From Paramuribaculum sp. (GTDB taxonomy: Bacteria > Bacteroidota > Bacteroidia > Bacteroidales > Muribaculaceae): a DNA stretch of 64,000 nt. Positions within the stretch are counted from its first letter, which is position 1. The number at the start of each line of letters is the position of its first letter. Under the pieces are notes generated by a model that saw nothing but the letters and a program-made list of their open reading frames with translations, was not told the DNA's origin and did no database searches. The DNA is taken from the NCBI GenBank assembly GCA_029052015.1, contig JAIDJW010000033.1:59-64058 (forward strand), in the 5' to 3' direction. The translations under genes were made by a program, and so were the position numbers. Positions 18,014 to 28,677 of the stretch are shown piece by piece.

Positions 18014-19825
18014 CTACTCATTGTGAAAGGCGTTGAATACAATGGATGCTTTGGACGGCCCTACAACGGATGCTATCTCATCTGCATCAGCCTCCTTGAT
18101 TCTCTTGACGCTTTTAAAATTGCGCAATAGCGTGTCGCGGGTTTTCGCCCCGATTCCTGGAATAGAATCAAGAGCGGACACAACCTGACCTTTGCTGCGA
18201 CGGTTGCGATGATGAGTGATTCCAAACCTATGAGCCTCGTCGCGCAGATGCTGCACAACCCGAAGCGACTCGGAATTCTTGTCGATATACAATGGCACAC
18301 TATCTCCCGGAAAATATATTTCCTCAAGACGTTTTGCTATGCCGACAACTGCTATCGTGCCTCTGAGTCCCATGTCGTCAAGAGCCTCCACTGCCGCGCT
18401 CAACTGCCCCTTGCCACCATCCACGACTATAAGCTGCGGCAACTCCTGACCTTCGTTCACAAGCCTGGTATATCTGCGCGTCAGCACCTCTTTCATCGAA
18501 GCGAAATCATCGGGTCCTTCAACCGTCTTAATATTGAAGTGCCGATAATCCTTTTTGGAGGGTTTGCCATCACGAAACACAACGCAACTCGCAACCGGAT
18601 TAGTGCCCTGTATATTTGAGTTGTCAAAACACTCGATATGCCTGGGAAGCTCTGTCAGCCTGAAGTCGGCCTTCATGCGCTCAAGCAGTTTATCTGTTCG
18701 CTGCTCGGGGTCCTTGCGCGCCATCTGGTTAAGCATATCAATTTTGTGCTGCCGTGCGTTTCGCTCGGACACATCGAGTAATTTCGCTTTATCACCTCGC
18801 TGCGGCACCATGAAAGTAACTCCAGGCATGTCCACATCCGGTTTCTCTGCCACGAGCACCACATCATATTCCACTTCCAGATTCTTCGCGATTTCCGCCA
18901 TTGCGTAGCCCAGCAGTTGCGCACCACTCTCTTCAAGACGCCGCTTGTATTCGAGAGTCACACTCCTAACCACCGCGCCGCGCCTCACATGCATATAATT
19001 AATAAACACATCGGCTCCGCCATCGTCATCAACACCGAAGACATCCACATCGCCTATCGTCTGACTCACGATAACACTCTTGCCGCAATAGCGCTCAACA
19101 AGCTGATATTTTTCTTTCACAGCTTGCGCCTCCTCAAACCTAAGCTCAGCGCTAAGTCTGGCCATTTCTCCACGAAGATATTCAAGCAACTCGGCGAGAT
19201 CTCCGTTGAGAATCTGTTTCACCGCCTCTATCTGCTTGCCGTACTCTTCTTCGCTGACTTTACCCACACAAGGGCCGGAACACCTCTTTATATGATAGTC
19301 GAGACACAGCCTTCCCTTGCCTTTCTCTATACTCCCGTGGTCGATAAAGTGTCTGCATGACCGCAATGGATACAGCTCCCGTATAAGCTCCAGAACTGTC
19401 CGTGCAGAAGAAGCATCCGTGTAAGGACCATAGTATTTGCCCCCGTTTTTCTCCTTCTTTCTGGTCATGAACACCCTCGGATACGGCTCTTTTGTCACCA
19501 CTATCCAGGGATATGATTTATCATCCTTCAGGAGCACATTATAGCGCGGCTTGTACTCCTTTATCATGGAGTTCTCAAGATTCAGGGCATCCTGCTCGGT
19601 CGGCACCACGATATATTTCATATCGGCAATTGCACGAACCAGAAGATTCGTGCGTGTGCTGTCGTGGGTTCTATTGAAATATGACGACACCCTCCTCTTC
19701 AGATTCTTCGCCTTGCCGACATAAATCACCGTACCCTCGGAATCGAAGTACATATACACTCCGGGGGTAGACGGCAAGATGGCAATCTTGTCGGTCAGTT
19801 CCTGAGACTTTTTATGCTTTGCCAA
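18014..19825 (-). CDS. uvrC: Excinuclease ABC subunit C
   Basis: GIY-YIG (PGVY...IYVGKAKNL), ECFDNSN, DGGKGQL and C-terminal HhH. Start is uncertain: TTG at 19825 avoids the overlap with apt that the ORF-track start (19864) produces. Confidence 0.96.
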   Translation of the reverse strand: MAKHKKSQELTDKIAILPSTPGVYMYFDSEGTVIYVGKAKNLKRRVSSYFNRTHDSTRTNLLVRAIADMKYIVVPTEQDALNLENSMIKEYKPRYNVLLKDDKSYPWIVVTKEPYPRVFMTRKKEKNGGKYYGPYTDASSARTVLELIRELYPLRSCRHFIDHGSIEKGKGRLCLDYHIKRCSGPCVGKVSEEEYGKQIEAVKQILNGDLAELLEYLRGEMARLSAELRFEEAQAVKEKYQLVERYCGKSVIVSQTIGDVDVFGVDDDGGADVFINYMHVRRGAVVRSVTLEYKRRLEESGAQLLGYAMAEIAKNLEVEYDVVLVAEKPDVDMPGVTFMVPQRGDKAKLLDVSERNARQHKIDMLNQMARKDPEQRTDKLLERMKADFRLTELPRHIECFDNSNIQGTNPVASCVVFRDGKPSKKDYRHFNIKTVEGPDDFASMKEVLTRRYTRLVNEGQELPQLIVVDGGKGQLSAAVEALDDMGLRGTIAVVGIAKRLEEIYFPGDSVPLYIDKNSESLRVVQHLRDEAHRFGITHHRNRRSKGQVVSALDSIPGIGAKTRDTLLRNFKSVKRIKEADADEIASVVGPSKASIVFNAFHNE

Positions 19826-19832
19826 TGGTTTA

Positions 19833-20351
19833 TCAGTACACGATAAGCGATTCAACCGAAGCATCGGCAGGAAGCGCTTTGCGTCCGCCGAGAGCTGCGA
19901 GTTCGATTATGAAATTCACATAAATCTTTTTGGGATTCATGCTTTTCACAAGATTGTAAGCTGCAGCCATAGTGCCGCCGGTAGCAAGCACATCGTCATG
20001 AATCACCACTATATCATCCGGAGTTATGGCATCACGGTGAATCTCTATTGTGTCTGTGCCATACTCCTTGGAATATGTTGCCTTAACCGTTTCTGCCGGA
20101 AGCTTGCCCGGCTTGCGTGCCGGTACAAATCCTGCGCCGAGCTCAAATGCAAGTATAGAACCACATATAAACCCGCGTGATTCTATGCCCACTACTTTTG
20201 TCACCCCTTTGTCGCGATACAACTGCGACAAATCCCAACCGAGGATATGTAGACAGCGAGGGTCCTTAAACGCTGTCGTAAGGTCTTTAAAAACCACTCC
20301 CTTTGACGGGAAGTCGATAACATCTCTGATTTTTGATTTAATGTACTCCAT
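19833..20351 (-). CDS. apt: Adenine phosphoribosyltransferase
   Basis: DFPSKGVVFKD, ESRGF, RKPGKLP, DDVLATGGT. Confidence 0.96.
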   Translation of the reverse strand: MEYIKSKIRDVIDFPSKGVVFKDLTTAFKDPRCLHILGWDLSQLYRDKGVTKVVGIESRGFICGSILAFELGAGFVPARKPGKLPAETVKATYSKEYGTDTIEIHRDAITPDDIVVIHDDVLATGGTMAAAYNLVKSMNPKKIYVNFIIELAALGGRKALPADASVESLIVY

Positions 20352-20389
20352 TTTATTTATTAAACTATTGATTTATTATTCGCTGCGTA

Positions 20390-20405
20390 TGTTCCACGTG
20401 AAACA
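20390..20405. promoter_or_regulatory. parS centromere-like site (TGTTCCACGTGAAACA)
   Basis: 15/16 match to the parS consensus TGTTTCACGTGAAACA, intergenic and immediately after the mnmG stop. Confidence 0.85.
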
Positions 20406-20406
20406 A

Positions 20407-22287
20407 TCACCTGCCGAGAAGAACAAGCAGAATACTTATATCGCTCGGGGAAATACCGGGTATGCGCGAAGCCTGTCCGACTGTCTTGGGACGAATACGC
20501 ATAAGCTTCTGACGAGCCTCAGTAGAAAGACTCTTTACCATCTCATAATCTATCAGCCCTTCAAGCCTCACATCTTCCAGACGGCTCATTTTGTCAGCCA
20601 CGCTTCGCTCGCGTTCGATGTAGCCACCATACTTCATCAGTATTTCAACGGCCTCAACTATCTCCTGTCTTCGCAATAGCTCTATATTCTCCTCAATAAA
20701 CGATTTCAGCGCCGGCAAATGCTCCGCCAAAACAGAGACATTCAGTTTAGGGCGCAATAGCAGGTCATAGAGTTTTACACCCTGCTTCAGCGGAGAGTCA
20801 CCTATCGACGCAAGATAATCATTAATCTCATCTGGGCGAACTGTGACAGTCTTTGCATAAGCTATTATTGCATCACATTGTTTCTTCTTGTTGCTCATAA
20901 GCTCATATCTGCGTTCATCCGCAAGACCTATTGCATGACTACGCTCCGTGAGCCTCATATCCGCATTATCCTGTCTGAGAAGAATCCGGTACTCCGCGCG
21001 CGAAGTAAACATACGATATGGTTCATCCACACCCTTAGTCACCAAATCATCTATAAGCACACCAATATATGCCTCGTCTCGTGCAAGTACGAATTCCGGT
21101 TGTCCTTTCACCTTCAGAGCAGCGTTGATTCCCGCTATTATCCCCTGCCCTGCCGCCTCCTCATAGCCGGTAGTGCCGTTGACCTGTCCTGCCAAAAACA
21201 AACCTGACACAAGTTTGCTCTCGAGAGTATGATTCAACTGAGTCGGATCAAAAAAATCATATTCTATGGCATAGCCGGGGCGATAAACGCTCACATTCTC
21301 AAACGCAGGGATTGTCTGCAGAGCCTTCAGCTGCACATCGAATGGCAACGAAGAAGAAAATCCGTTAAGATAATACTCCTGAGTAAACTCTCCCTCCGGC
21401 TCGATAAAAAGCTGGTGTTCGGTCTTGTCTGCAAAAGTAACTATCTTGGTCTCTATGCTCGGGCAATATCTGGGACCAATGCTTTGGATCTGCCCGTTGT
21501 AGAGCGGGGAATCAGGCAGTCCCTTTCGAAGCTCATCATGAGTGCGCTCATTGGTATAGACTATATGACATTCGCGCTGCTTCAACTCTCTGCCAACATC
21601 AGGCAGATATGAGAATTTGTGAGAATCATTCTCAAGTTCCTGCACTGTGGTTTTGCTCCAGTCAATGCTTCGTCCGTCAATTCTCACCGGAGTGCCGGTC
21701 TTCATTCTGTCGGTACGCAGGCCAAGCTCACGGAGCTGCTCAGTCAGTCCTCTGCTTGCCGGCTCGGCAATTCTGCCTCCCTCCATCTTTACTCGCCCTA
21801 TATGCATGAGCCCGTTGAGAAAGGTGCCAGCGGTAACTATTACTGTCGGTGCATAAAAGCTCACTCCCGAGCGAGTGCGCACTCCCCTGACCGCACTGCC
21901 CTCCATAAGCAACTCCACAACATCATCCTGCCACATAGACAAAGCAGGAGTGTTTTCAAGAATATGTCTCCACTCAGCGCTGAATTTCATTCGGTCGCTC
22001 TGCGCACGTGGACTCCACATGGCAGGACCCTTTGAACTGTTGAGCATTCTGAACTGTATAGCAGTCTTGTCAGTAATAATGCCGCTCATTCCTCCAAGTG
22101 CGTCAATTTCACGAACAATCTGCCCCTTTGCAATTCCACCTATCGCCGGATTACAACTCATCTGAGCAATCTTGTTCATGTCTATTGTCACCAGAAGCGT
22201 GTTCACGCCAAGAGTTGCCGCAGCATGGGCAGCCTCGCATCCGGCGTGACCGGCACCTATAACTATAGTATCGTAATCAAACCTCAT
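20407..22287 (-). CDS. mnmG: tRNA uridine-5-carboxymethylaminomethyl(34) synthesis enzyme MnmG (GidA)
   Basis: [53 protein letters not shown]. Confidence 0.98.
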   Translation of the reverse strand: MRFDYDTIVIGAGHAGCEAAHAAATLGVNTLLVTIDMNKIAQMSCNPAIGGIAKGQIVREIDALGGMSGIITDKTAIQFRMLNSSKGPAMWSPRAQSDRMKFSAEWRHILENTPALSMWQDDVVELLMEGSAVRGVRTRSGVSFYAPTVIVTAGTFLNGLMHIGRVKMEGGRIAEPASRGLTEQLRELGLRTDRMKTGTPVRIDGRSIDWSKTTVQELENDSHKFSYLPDVGRELKQRECHIVYTNERTHDELRKGLPDSPLYNGQIQSIGPRYCPSIETKIVTFADKTEHQLFIEPEGEFTQEYYLNGFSSSLPFDVQLKALQTIPAFENVSVYRPGYAIEYDFFDPTQLNHTLESKLVSGLFLAGQVNGTTGYEEAAGQGIIAGINAALKVKGQPEFVLARDEAYIGVLIDDLVTKGVDEPYRMFTSRAEYRILLRQDNADMRLTERSHAIGLADERRYELMSNKKKQCDAIIAYAKTVTVRPDEINDYLASIGDSPLKQGVKLYDLLLRPKLNVSVLAEHLPALKSFIEENIELLRRQEIVEAVEILMKYGGYIERERSVADKMSRLEDVRLEGLIDYEMVKSLSTEARQKLMRIRPKTVGQASRIPGISPSDISILLVLLGR

Positions 22288-22718
22288 CTTGTCAAGTCTT
22301 TCAAAATATCAAGAGCCGCATTTTCATTTGCCTCCATTATCTCACGCTCTCCAACACCCTTGTCATCTATGCCACACAGATGCAGCAGTCCGTGCACGAT
22401 TACACGATTCAACTCTGTCTGATACTCAACGCCAAGTCCGGCGGCATTTGACTCCACTGTGTCCAGAGAAATATACATGTCACCGCTGACCATCTTTGAC
22501 CTGCTATAGTCAAACGTAATTATATCGGTATAGTAGTCGTGATTGAGATATTGACGGTTCACATCGATAATCTTCTCATCGTTGCAAAAAATGTAGTTGA
22601 GCGGTCCCACTATCCTTTGATGGGCCTGTGCTACTTTCTGAAGCCATAGCTCCGTTTTCTCAAAATCAAGACGGGGCATTTCAACCCCATCCGAGTGCCA
22701 GAATATTCTATTGCTCAT
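22284..22718 (-). CDS. ybeY: rRNA maturation RNase YbeY
   Basis: TDIITF and [11 protein letters not shown]. Confidence 0.93.
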   Translation of the reverse strand: MSNRIFWHSDGVEMPRLDFEKTELWLQKVAQAHQRIVGPLNYIFCNDEKIIDVNRQYLNHDYYTDIITFDYSRSKMVSGDMYISLDTVESNAAGLGVEYQTELNRVIVHGLLHLCGIDDKGVGEREIMEANENAALDILKDLTR

Positions 22719-22957
22719 GTTATGTTTTTGTAACTCACAAAATTACGCAAATCATTGTAGCTGTGCAATACACCACTGCCCCCAAATTTTTCTATGAATC
22801 ACTCGCAATCACACAACACCCTGTATATGTGCAACTTACGTGATTTTATCCGCCTGAGAATTGAATATTTGACAAGAACCCGATTAGTTACCTTGAAATA
22901 TTTTTCTCTCGTGACCTCTTTTTTACTAAATTTGCGATGCTCCATAAAAAGATTACT

Positions 22958-23716
22958 ATGAGCAAGATTTCCGCAACCATACTAACATTTAACGAGGAAG
23001 CAAGAATTGCCACCTGCATCGAATCTCTACGAGACATCGCTGACGAGATTATCGTTGTGGATTCCTTCTCCACCGATGCTACCGTGGAGATTTGCGAAGC
23101 CATGGGATGCAAAGTCACTCGACGCAGAATGTCTGGCTATGGAGCGCAACGACAATATGCCACTTCACTTACAACACATAATTATGTGCTATCGCTTGAT
23201 GCCGACGAAGAGCTCTCCCCTGCCCTGCGACAGTCACTGATAGAACTCAAAAAAAACAGGTTCACTCATCGTGGCTATTGCTTTGCCAGGCTCAATTTTT
23301 ATTGCGGCACACCTGTTCGCCACTGCGGATGGTATCCTGATATGCAATTGCGCCTTTTTGACAAGCGATATGCCAACTGGAATCTACATGATGTCGACGA
23401 GCGTGTGATCTTCCATGATAATGTCACGCCCCACAAAATAGACGGAGATATTCTACACTACCGGTGTTCCACACCTGAAGAGTATAGACACACTGAGACA
23501 AACCATGCCATGATGATGGCTAAAGACATTATAAAGACCGGCAGACACGCAGGCTTGATTTCTCCATATCTTCACGGCATAAAAAGCTTTTTTGATTGTT
23601 ATATCACAAAAGGCGGCGCTCTTGACGGCAACGTCGGCAGAGCAATAAGCCTGCAGCGTTATCATTCGACTCTTCTTGCCTGGAAAGCTGTAAGAAGAAT
23701 TATCAACAATAACTGA
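22958..23716 (+). CDS. Glycosyltransferase family 2 (WaaE/KdtX-like)
   Basis: TFNEE, VVDSFSTDAT, LDADE, GWYPD. A -7 box TAAATTTG at 22927-22934 favours the ATG at 22958. Confidence 0.9.
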   Translation: MSKISATILTFNEEARIATCIESLRDIADEIIVVDSFSTDATVEICEAMGCKVTRRRMSGYGAQRQYATSLTTHNYVLSLDADEELSPALRQSLIELKKNRFTHRGYCFARLNFYCGTPVRHCGWYPDMQLRLFDKRYANWNLHDVDERVIFHDNVTPHKIDGDILHYRCSTPEEYRHTETNHAMMMAKDIIKTGRHAGLISPYLHGIKSFFDCYITKGGALDGNVGRAISLQRYHSTLLAWKAVRRIINNN

Positions 23717-23760
23717 CTACTCATTTCATCTCCCCTCCCCTACTACACTTTTTAAATGCC

Positions 23761-25431
23761 ATGAGCGACAAACTGAAAATCTACTGCAAGAATATTGAAG
23801 AATATGTCGACTTTAACGGAGGAGAAAACCTTCTCGACATATACAACCGCATTGCCGACAGAATAGACTTCACACCGGTATGCGCGAGAGTAAATTTCAA
23901 AACCGAGGATTTGCGCTTTCCTCTCTTCTCACCCAAGCACGTGGAATACCTGCCACTTACAAGTGCAAGCGGTATGCGCACATATGTGCGGTCGCTCTGC
24001 ATGATGCTATACAAGGCGGTAGAAGAGACTTTTCCCGGCACAACACTGCGAATAGAGCACTCCATATCAAAAGGCTATTACTGCCGCCTGTCAGAACCTG
24101 TTACAGCAGATGAGACTATCGCACAAAAACTGAAGAGCAAGATGCTTGAACTTGTGGCACGAGACATTCCCTTTGAACGCAAAGAGCGACTCACCTCCGA
24201 TGTCATAAGAATATTCGAGCGTCAGGGACTTGACGACAAAGTAAAGCTCCTGCGCACTCTCCATGAGCTTTACACAACATACTATCGCCTTGAACAAACC
24301 TGCGACTGTTATTACGGTCAACTCGTACCGTCCACAGGCTATCTAAAGGTTTTCGACCTGATATATTATAAGGACGGCTTCCTGCTGATTCCGCCGGACA
24401 GCGAAAACAACACAATCCCCGCTACTCCGGTGAAACAGGAGAAAATGTTTGCAGCGTTTACCGACTACCTGCAATTTAACAAGATTGTTGGCATAAGAAA
24501 TGTCGGCGAGCTTAATGAAGCTGCCGAGAAGGGCAACTCGGCAATGGTGATAAATGTATCTGAAGCTCTGCACAACAAACGCATCGCCACGATTTCCGAC
24601 GAAATCACAAAAAGGTACAACGAAGGCGGAGCAAGGGTTGTGCTCATCGCAGGTCCGTCATCAAGCGGCAAAACTACATTTACAAAGCGGCTTTCAATCC
24701 AATTGATGACAAATCTGATGGAGCCGAAAATGATATCGCTTGACGATTATTTCGTTGACCGCCACCACACACCGCGAGATGAATCCGGAGAGTATGATTA
24801 TGAGTCACTCTACGCACTCGACATTGAGCTTTTCAACTCACATCTGAGCGCTCTTCTCAATGGTGAGGAGGTAGAGCTCCCCTACTATAATTTCGCCACA
24901 GGAGAGCGGGAATTCCGCGGCAACCGCATACGTCTCGGCAAACGTTCGGTGCTACTCATCGAAGGTATTCACGGACTCAATCCGGAGCTCACGAAAGATA
25001 TCGAGAAGCGTATGAAATATCTCATATACGTGTCTGCGCTCACAACCATCTCTATCGATGACCACAACTGGGTACCTACAACCGACAACCGATTGCTCAG
25101 ACGCATTATACGTGACCATAAATACCGCGGCACATCCGCGGTATCAACTATAAACCGCGGGCGTTGGGTGCGCCGCGTTTTGTAAAGGTGGATTTTCCCT
25201 TATCAGGAAAACGCCGACTCTACCTTCAATTCTTCATTGCTTTTCGAGCTGGGAGTGCTTAAGGACAGAGGCGAGGAAATACTACGACAAGTGCCGCGTG
25301 ACGTACCGGAATTCGGTGAAGCGTCACGTCTACGCAAATTTCTGAGCTATTTCGCATCAATCAGCGAGCAACATGTGCCGTCAACATCTCTGCTTCGAGA
25401 GTTTCTTGGCGGAAGCTCCTTCAGCTATTAG
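23761..25431 (+). pseudogene. Nucleoside (uridine) kinase with N-terminal ThrRS-like domain; in-frame TAA at 25183-25185 (probably a sequence artefact)
   Basis: AGPSSSGKTT, ISLDDYF, EGIHGLN, DNRLLRRIIRD. The same frame resumes after the TAA with WIFPYQENAD...SLLREFLGGS up to 25431. Confidence 0.8.
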
Positions 25432-25901
25432 AAACTCTTCGCAAACTCAATCATGCTGAGGGCAGTCTCCGCTGCCTCCTCACCTTTATGACCCGCCGGA
25501 CCACCTACGCGGTCAAGAGCCTGCTGTTCGCTCTCAACAGTGAGCAGACCGAATATCACCGGCACTTTACCCTTTGAGTTGAGAAGAGTTACCCCCTGCG
25601 TTACACTCTGACACACATAATCAAAGTGCGGTGTATCGCCTTTGATGACGCATCCGAGCACAATTATGGCATCGACTTCAGCCTCGTCAGCAATCTTTTT
25701 CGCCGCATAAGTCAGCTCTACAGCCCCGGGCACCTCATACACTTCTATCGAATCATCGTCAAGCCCGTGACCTTTCAGTATCTTCACGGCTCCGTCCTTG
25801 AGGCGGTCAGTAATATGACCGTTCCATTTAGCCTGCACTATCGCAACTTTGCTGTCTTTTACTTTTGAGCCTATTTCTAAGGTAAATTTGAATATGGACA
25901 T
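25428..25901 (-). CDS. ribH: 6,7-dimethyl-8-ribityllumazine synthase
   Basis: VPGAVEL, GCVIKGDTPHFDYV, PVIFGLLT, HKGEEAA. Confidence 0.96.
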   Translation of the reverse strand: MSIFKFTLEIGSKVKDSKVAIVQAKWNGHITDRLKDGAVKILKGHGLDDDSIEVYEVPGAVELTYAAKKIADEAEVDAIIVLGCVIKGDTPHFDYVCQSVTQGVTLLNSKGKVPVIFGLLTVESEQQALDRVGGPAGHKGEEAAETALSMIEFAKSF

Positions 25902-25915
25902 GATGTTTTTAATTG

Positions 25916-26932
25916 TTATCTTGGAAATATCTTATGCCAGAAACCTAAAATGTCAATGCCGCCGTTGCGGGTATTAAGCAGCACTTCCACTATGCGGCGG
26001 TGAGTATCGTCGGCATTCAGTTTGGTAGCTTTGTGAAGCATGGTGTTGAGAAGATGAATACCTTTGTCTCGTGTACCCCTCACTTCCAGCAATGCCTCTC
26101 CGAGGCTCACACTAAGTTCAAGCTGCTGAAGAGAGAAGTCCTTCTCTATTTTTGTAAGATACTTGAGAGCGCGTGTAAAATACTGCACTGCTTCACGGTG
26201 ACGACCCATTCGTGCAAGAGTTTCTCCTTCCTGCGCAAGCGAGTCCACCAGTTTTGCAGCGGCACCTTCCACACCCGCAGTGGCCATTTCCATATAGGCA
26301 CCCGTAGCCGCCTGAAAATGAGCGAGCATATTAGCCTGCTTAACACGCGAGGTGTATGCCTGAGTTGCTGCCGCGACAGCAAGCAGATGAGCCGGACCGT
26401 AACGCTCCGGCGACGTGCGTGCGAGTCTCTCGTAAATCTTTGCTGACTTTTCAATCTCGCGCTCTGCCTGGCGATGCTCTCCCCTTACGGTATGCACTCT
26501 CGCAATATCATACAATAAAGCGGCGAGAACGCTCAGAAAAGGTTCGTCCCTACGCTTTGGTTCCTGCGCGAGAATAGTCAGACACTTGGCGGCTACCCTC
26601 ATTGACTCATCAAGATTCTCAGCCTGAATGTGAAGGCCTACAAGAATCTGCATAAGCGCGGCATGAAGGTCGGCAAGAGCGCCCTCCTCCTCACCGCGCC
26701 GTGTAATGACCTCATCAAATTCTGTTATTTTCTCGATTGCTTCGGATATGCGACCGTCAATAACCATCTCACGTGCAATGCTTCGCGCAAAATCATACAC
26801 TGACTCAAATGGCAATCCTGCAAACTTCTTGCGTAATTCCGCTATCGAAAATTTATTCTCGACCATAGCCTGAGCATCGGCTATTCCCGGAGTAAGTTCG
26901 AGAAATATAGGCTGAAGGCTCTCCTGGTTCAT
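25916..26932 (-). CDS. Tetratricopeptide-repeat protein
   Basis: All-helical with TPR-like units (GETLARMGRHREAVQYFTRAL; ARVHTVRGEHRQAEREIEKS). Confidence 0.75.
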   Translation of the reverse strand: MNQESLQPIFLELTPGIADAQAMVENKFSIAELRKKFAGLPFESVYDFARSIAREMVIDGRISEAIEKITEFDEVITRRGEEEGALADLHAALMQILVGLHIQAENLDESMRVAAKCLTILAQEPKRRDEPFLSVLAALLYDIARVHTVRGEHRQAEREIEKSAKIYERLARTSPERYGPAHLLAVAAATQAYTSRVKQANMLAHFQAATGAYMEMATAGVEGAAAKLVDSLAQEGETLARMGRHREAVQYFTRALKYLTKIEKDFSLQQLELSVSLGEALLEVRGTRDKGIHLLNTMLHKATKLNADDTHRRIVEVLLNTRNGGIDILGFWHKIFPR

Positions 26933-26942
26933 GATGATTAAT

Positions 26943-27827
26943 TTATTTCACACGGTTTTTTCCAATCGCCCACTCAGAAGCTGCGGATACAATTGCTTTA
27001 AGTTCGCTCTCGGCCATGCAAGAAAGCCTGCCAAGGGTGACATCATTGTCACACATGGCAGCTACAGTTCCGGCGAGTGCCCCGGCATTTGCATGAAGTG
27101 TGTCGCAAATGCTGCTGCTTTCCTCAGTGATAAGCGAATCTCTGTAGAATATATCCAGTTTACGAGCCACCGCATCGATATTTATGAATGTGTCGCAATA
27201 AAAGCGTATATGCCTGGCATAACACAAAGCAACATCATCGGCATTGAATATCGTAGCAAGATCGCTGCTTCTGGTCATCACTACAGACGCCATCTCAAGA
27301 TTCTCAAGAATATCCGGCATAAGCTTGGTAATGCCGTGATCCGGCGCCGGCGACAGACCCGGAACATAAATTATAAGCGCCTTGCGCTCGGCGGCATGAT
27401 TAAGTAGGTCCACAACCTGAGGGCGCACACGCCGGTCAAGCGAAAAATATGTGCCGAAAACTACTATGTCGTCATTGTCAATGCGTGGCCACACCACATC
27501 AAATCTCTCTTTAGGATAGTCTCTGCTGCCAATTATAGTGTCATCCGGCTCAAAACGCAGATTAAGCGGAGTTATACCATCCGTATAGCGGTCGATAGAA
27601 CGGGTTTCAACGTTGTGACGCTTAAGAAAATCCACAAGCATATCACCGGTCAAATCGCGAGCACACTCGCTCACGTATGTGACGTTATAGCCGGCATCAC
27701 CAAGCATCGCGGCGGCATTAAGGAGCCTGCCGCCGGGAATAGCCTTGAGGTCGACTATATCAGTGTCTCTTTGTTGGGGAAACAGTATGTCGAGAGTACA
27801 CTCTCCAATAATTATGATTTTGCGCAT
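26943..27827 (-). CDS. PfkB family carbohydrate-kinase-like protein with degenerate catalytic motif
   Basis: IGECTLDI and PGGRLLNAA N-terminal motifs. C-terminal DTLHANAG replaces DTxGAGD. Confidence 0.8.
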   Translation of the reverse strand: MRKIIIIGECTLDILFPQQRDTDIVDLKAIPGGRLLNAAAMLGDAGYNVTYVSECARDLTGDMLVDFLKRHNVETRSIDRYTDGITPLNLRFEPDDTIIGSRDYPKERFDVVWPRIDNDDIVVFGTYFSLDRRVRPQVVDLLNHAAERKALIIYVPGLSPAPDHGITKLMPDILENLEMASVVMTRSSDLATIFNADDVALCYARHIRFYCDTFINIDAVARKLDIFYRDSLITEESSSICDTLHANAGALAGTVAAMCDNDVTLGRLSCMAESELKAIVSAASEWAIGKNRVK

Positions 27828-27884
27828 TGCAGTAATGTGAAACTGTATTTTCAGCAAAAATACACAAATTTAGATTCTCTCATC

Positions 27885-28355
27885 CTATAACTTGCGATTT
27901 TCATACTTCTCAACGCACTCTACCCAGTGGCGGTCAATAGCCGTGCCTTGGGCTGTTGCCGGGTCAAATCCTGCCATAACTGTGTGTCCGATACATTTTG
28001 TCTGACCGGTCGAACTGTTGACAATGCGCTGCTCCATCTTGAAACTGTGGGTGCTGACCGAGGTCACTGTGGTCCACACCTCAAGGCTTTCATTGAAATA
28101 TGAGGGGGTGTAGAAATCGCAGCTTATATGCACAACAACTGCGTTTATGCTCTTCCAGTCCATTCCCTCAGGCAACACATCGCTGAAGTAGCTCACCTTT
28201 GCAAGATCCATGAAAGTAAGGTACACATTATTGTTGAGATGCCCGAGCATATCGATATCCGTAAATCTCATCTGCACCGGCAGGCAATGATGGAATGCAT
28301 ATTGCGATACCGGCACTTTCGGGTTGTCTGACGGTAAAAAGGTTCCAGCTTCCAT
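27885..28355 (-). CDS. Acyl-CoA thioesterase (4HBT hotdog family)
   Basis: RFTDIDMLGHLNNNVYL. Confidence 0.9.
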   Translation of the reverse strand: MEAGTFLPSDNPKVPVSQYAFHHCLPVQMRFTDIDMLGHLNNNVYLTFMDLAKVSYFSDVLPEGMDWKSINAVVVHISCDFYTPSYFNESLEVWTTVTSVSTHSFKMEQRIVNSSTGQTKCIGHTVMAGFDPATAQGTAIDRHWVECVEKYENRKL

Positions 28356-28386
28356 TTATATTGACTTTAATATATCTTTCTGAAAT

Positions 28387-28677
28387 TTAGTGTATCACTA
28401 TTTCTGTAATAACATTCTTTCCCACAGCACTGTTTATAGCTTCGACTATACGCTCGCGATGAAATGACAGCTCATGCTTGAGCGGAGCCGAAGTAATGTA
28501 GACATGCAGAGTGGTCTTATCGACATAGCGGCGTGAAGTATATCTGTTCACTCCCTGCCCTACCACCTCGCTCCAGGCATAGCTCGCTCTCTGACGCGCA
28601 AGCTGGTCGGCGTTGCCGTCACGCTCAAGCACCTCCTCGATTATTTCCGCTACGCTTTTAGGGTCTCTGCGTTTCAT
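28387..28677 (-). CDS. DUF721/DciA family protein
   Basis: WSEVVG...LHVYITSAPLKHEL, coupled directly downstream of recF. Confidence 0.85.
   Translation of the reverse strand: MKRRDPKSVAEIIEEVLERDGNADQLARQRASYAWSEVVGQGVNRYTSRRYVDKTTLHVYITSAPLKHELSFHRERIVEAINSAVGKNVITEIVIH

Noticed and set aside
25183-25185. Programmed readthrough or recoding of the kinase stop
   Set aside because: The stop is TAA, neighbouring conserved codons are also corrupted, and other genes here use TAA as a normal stop.
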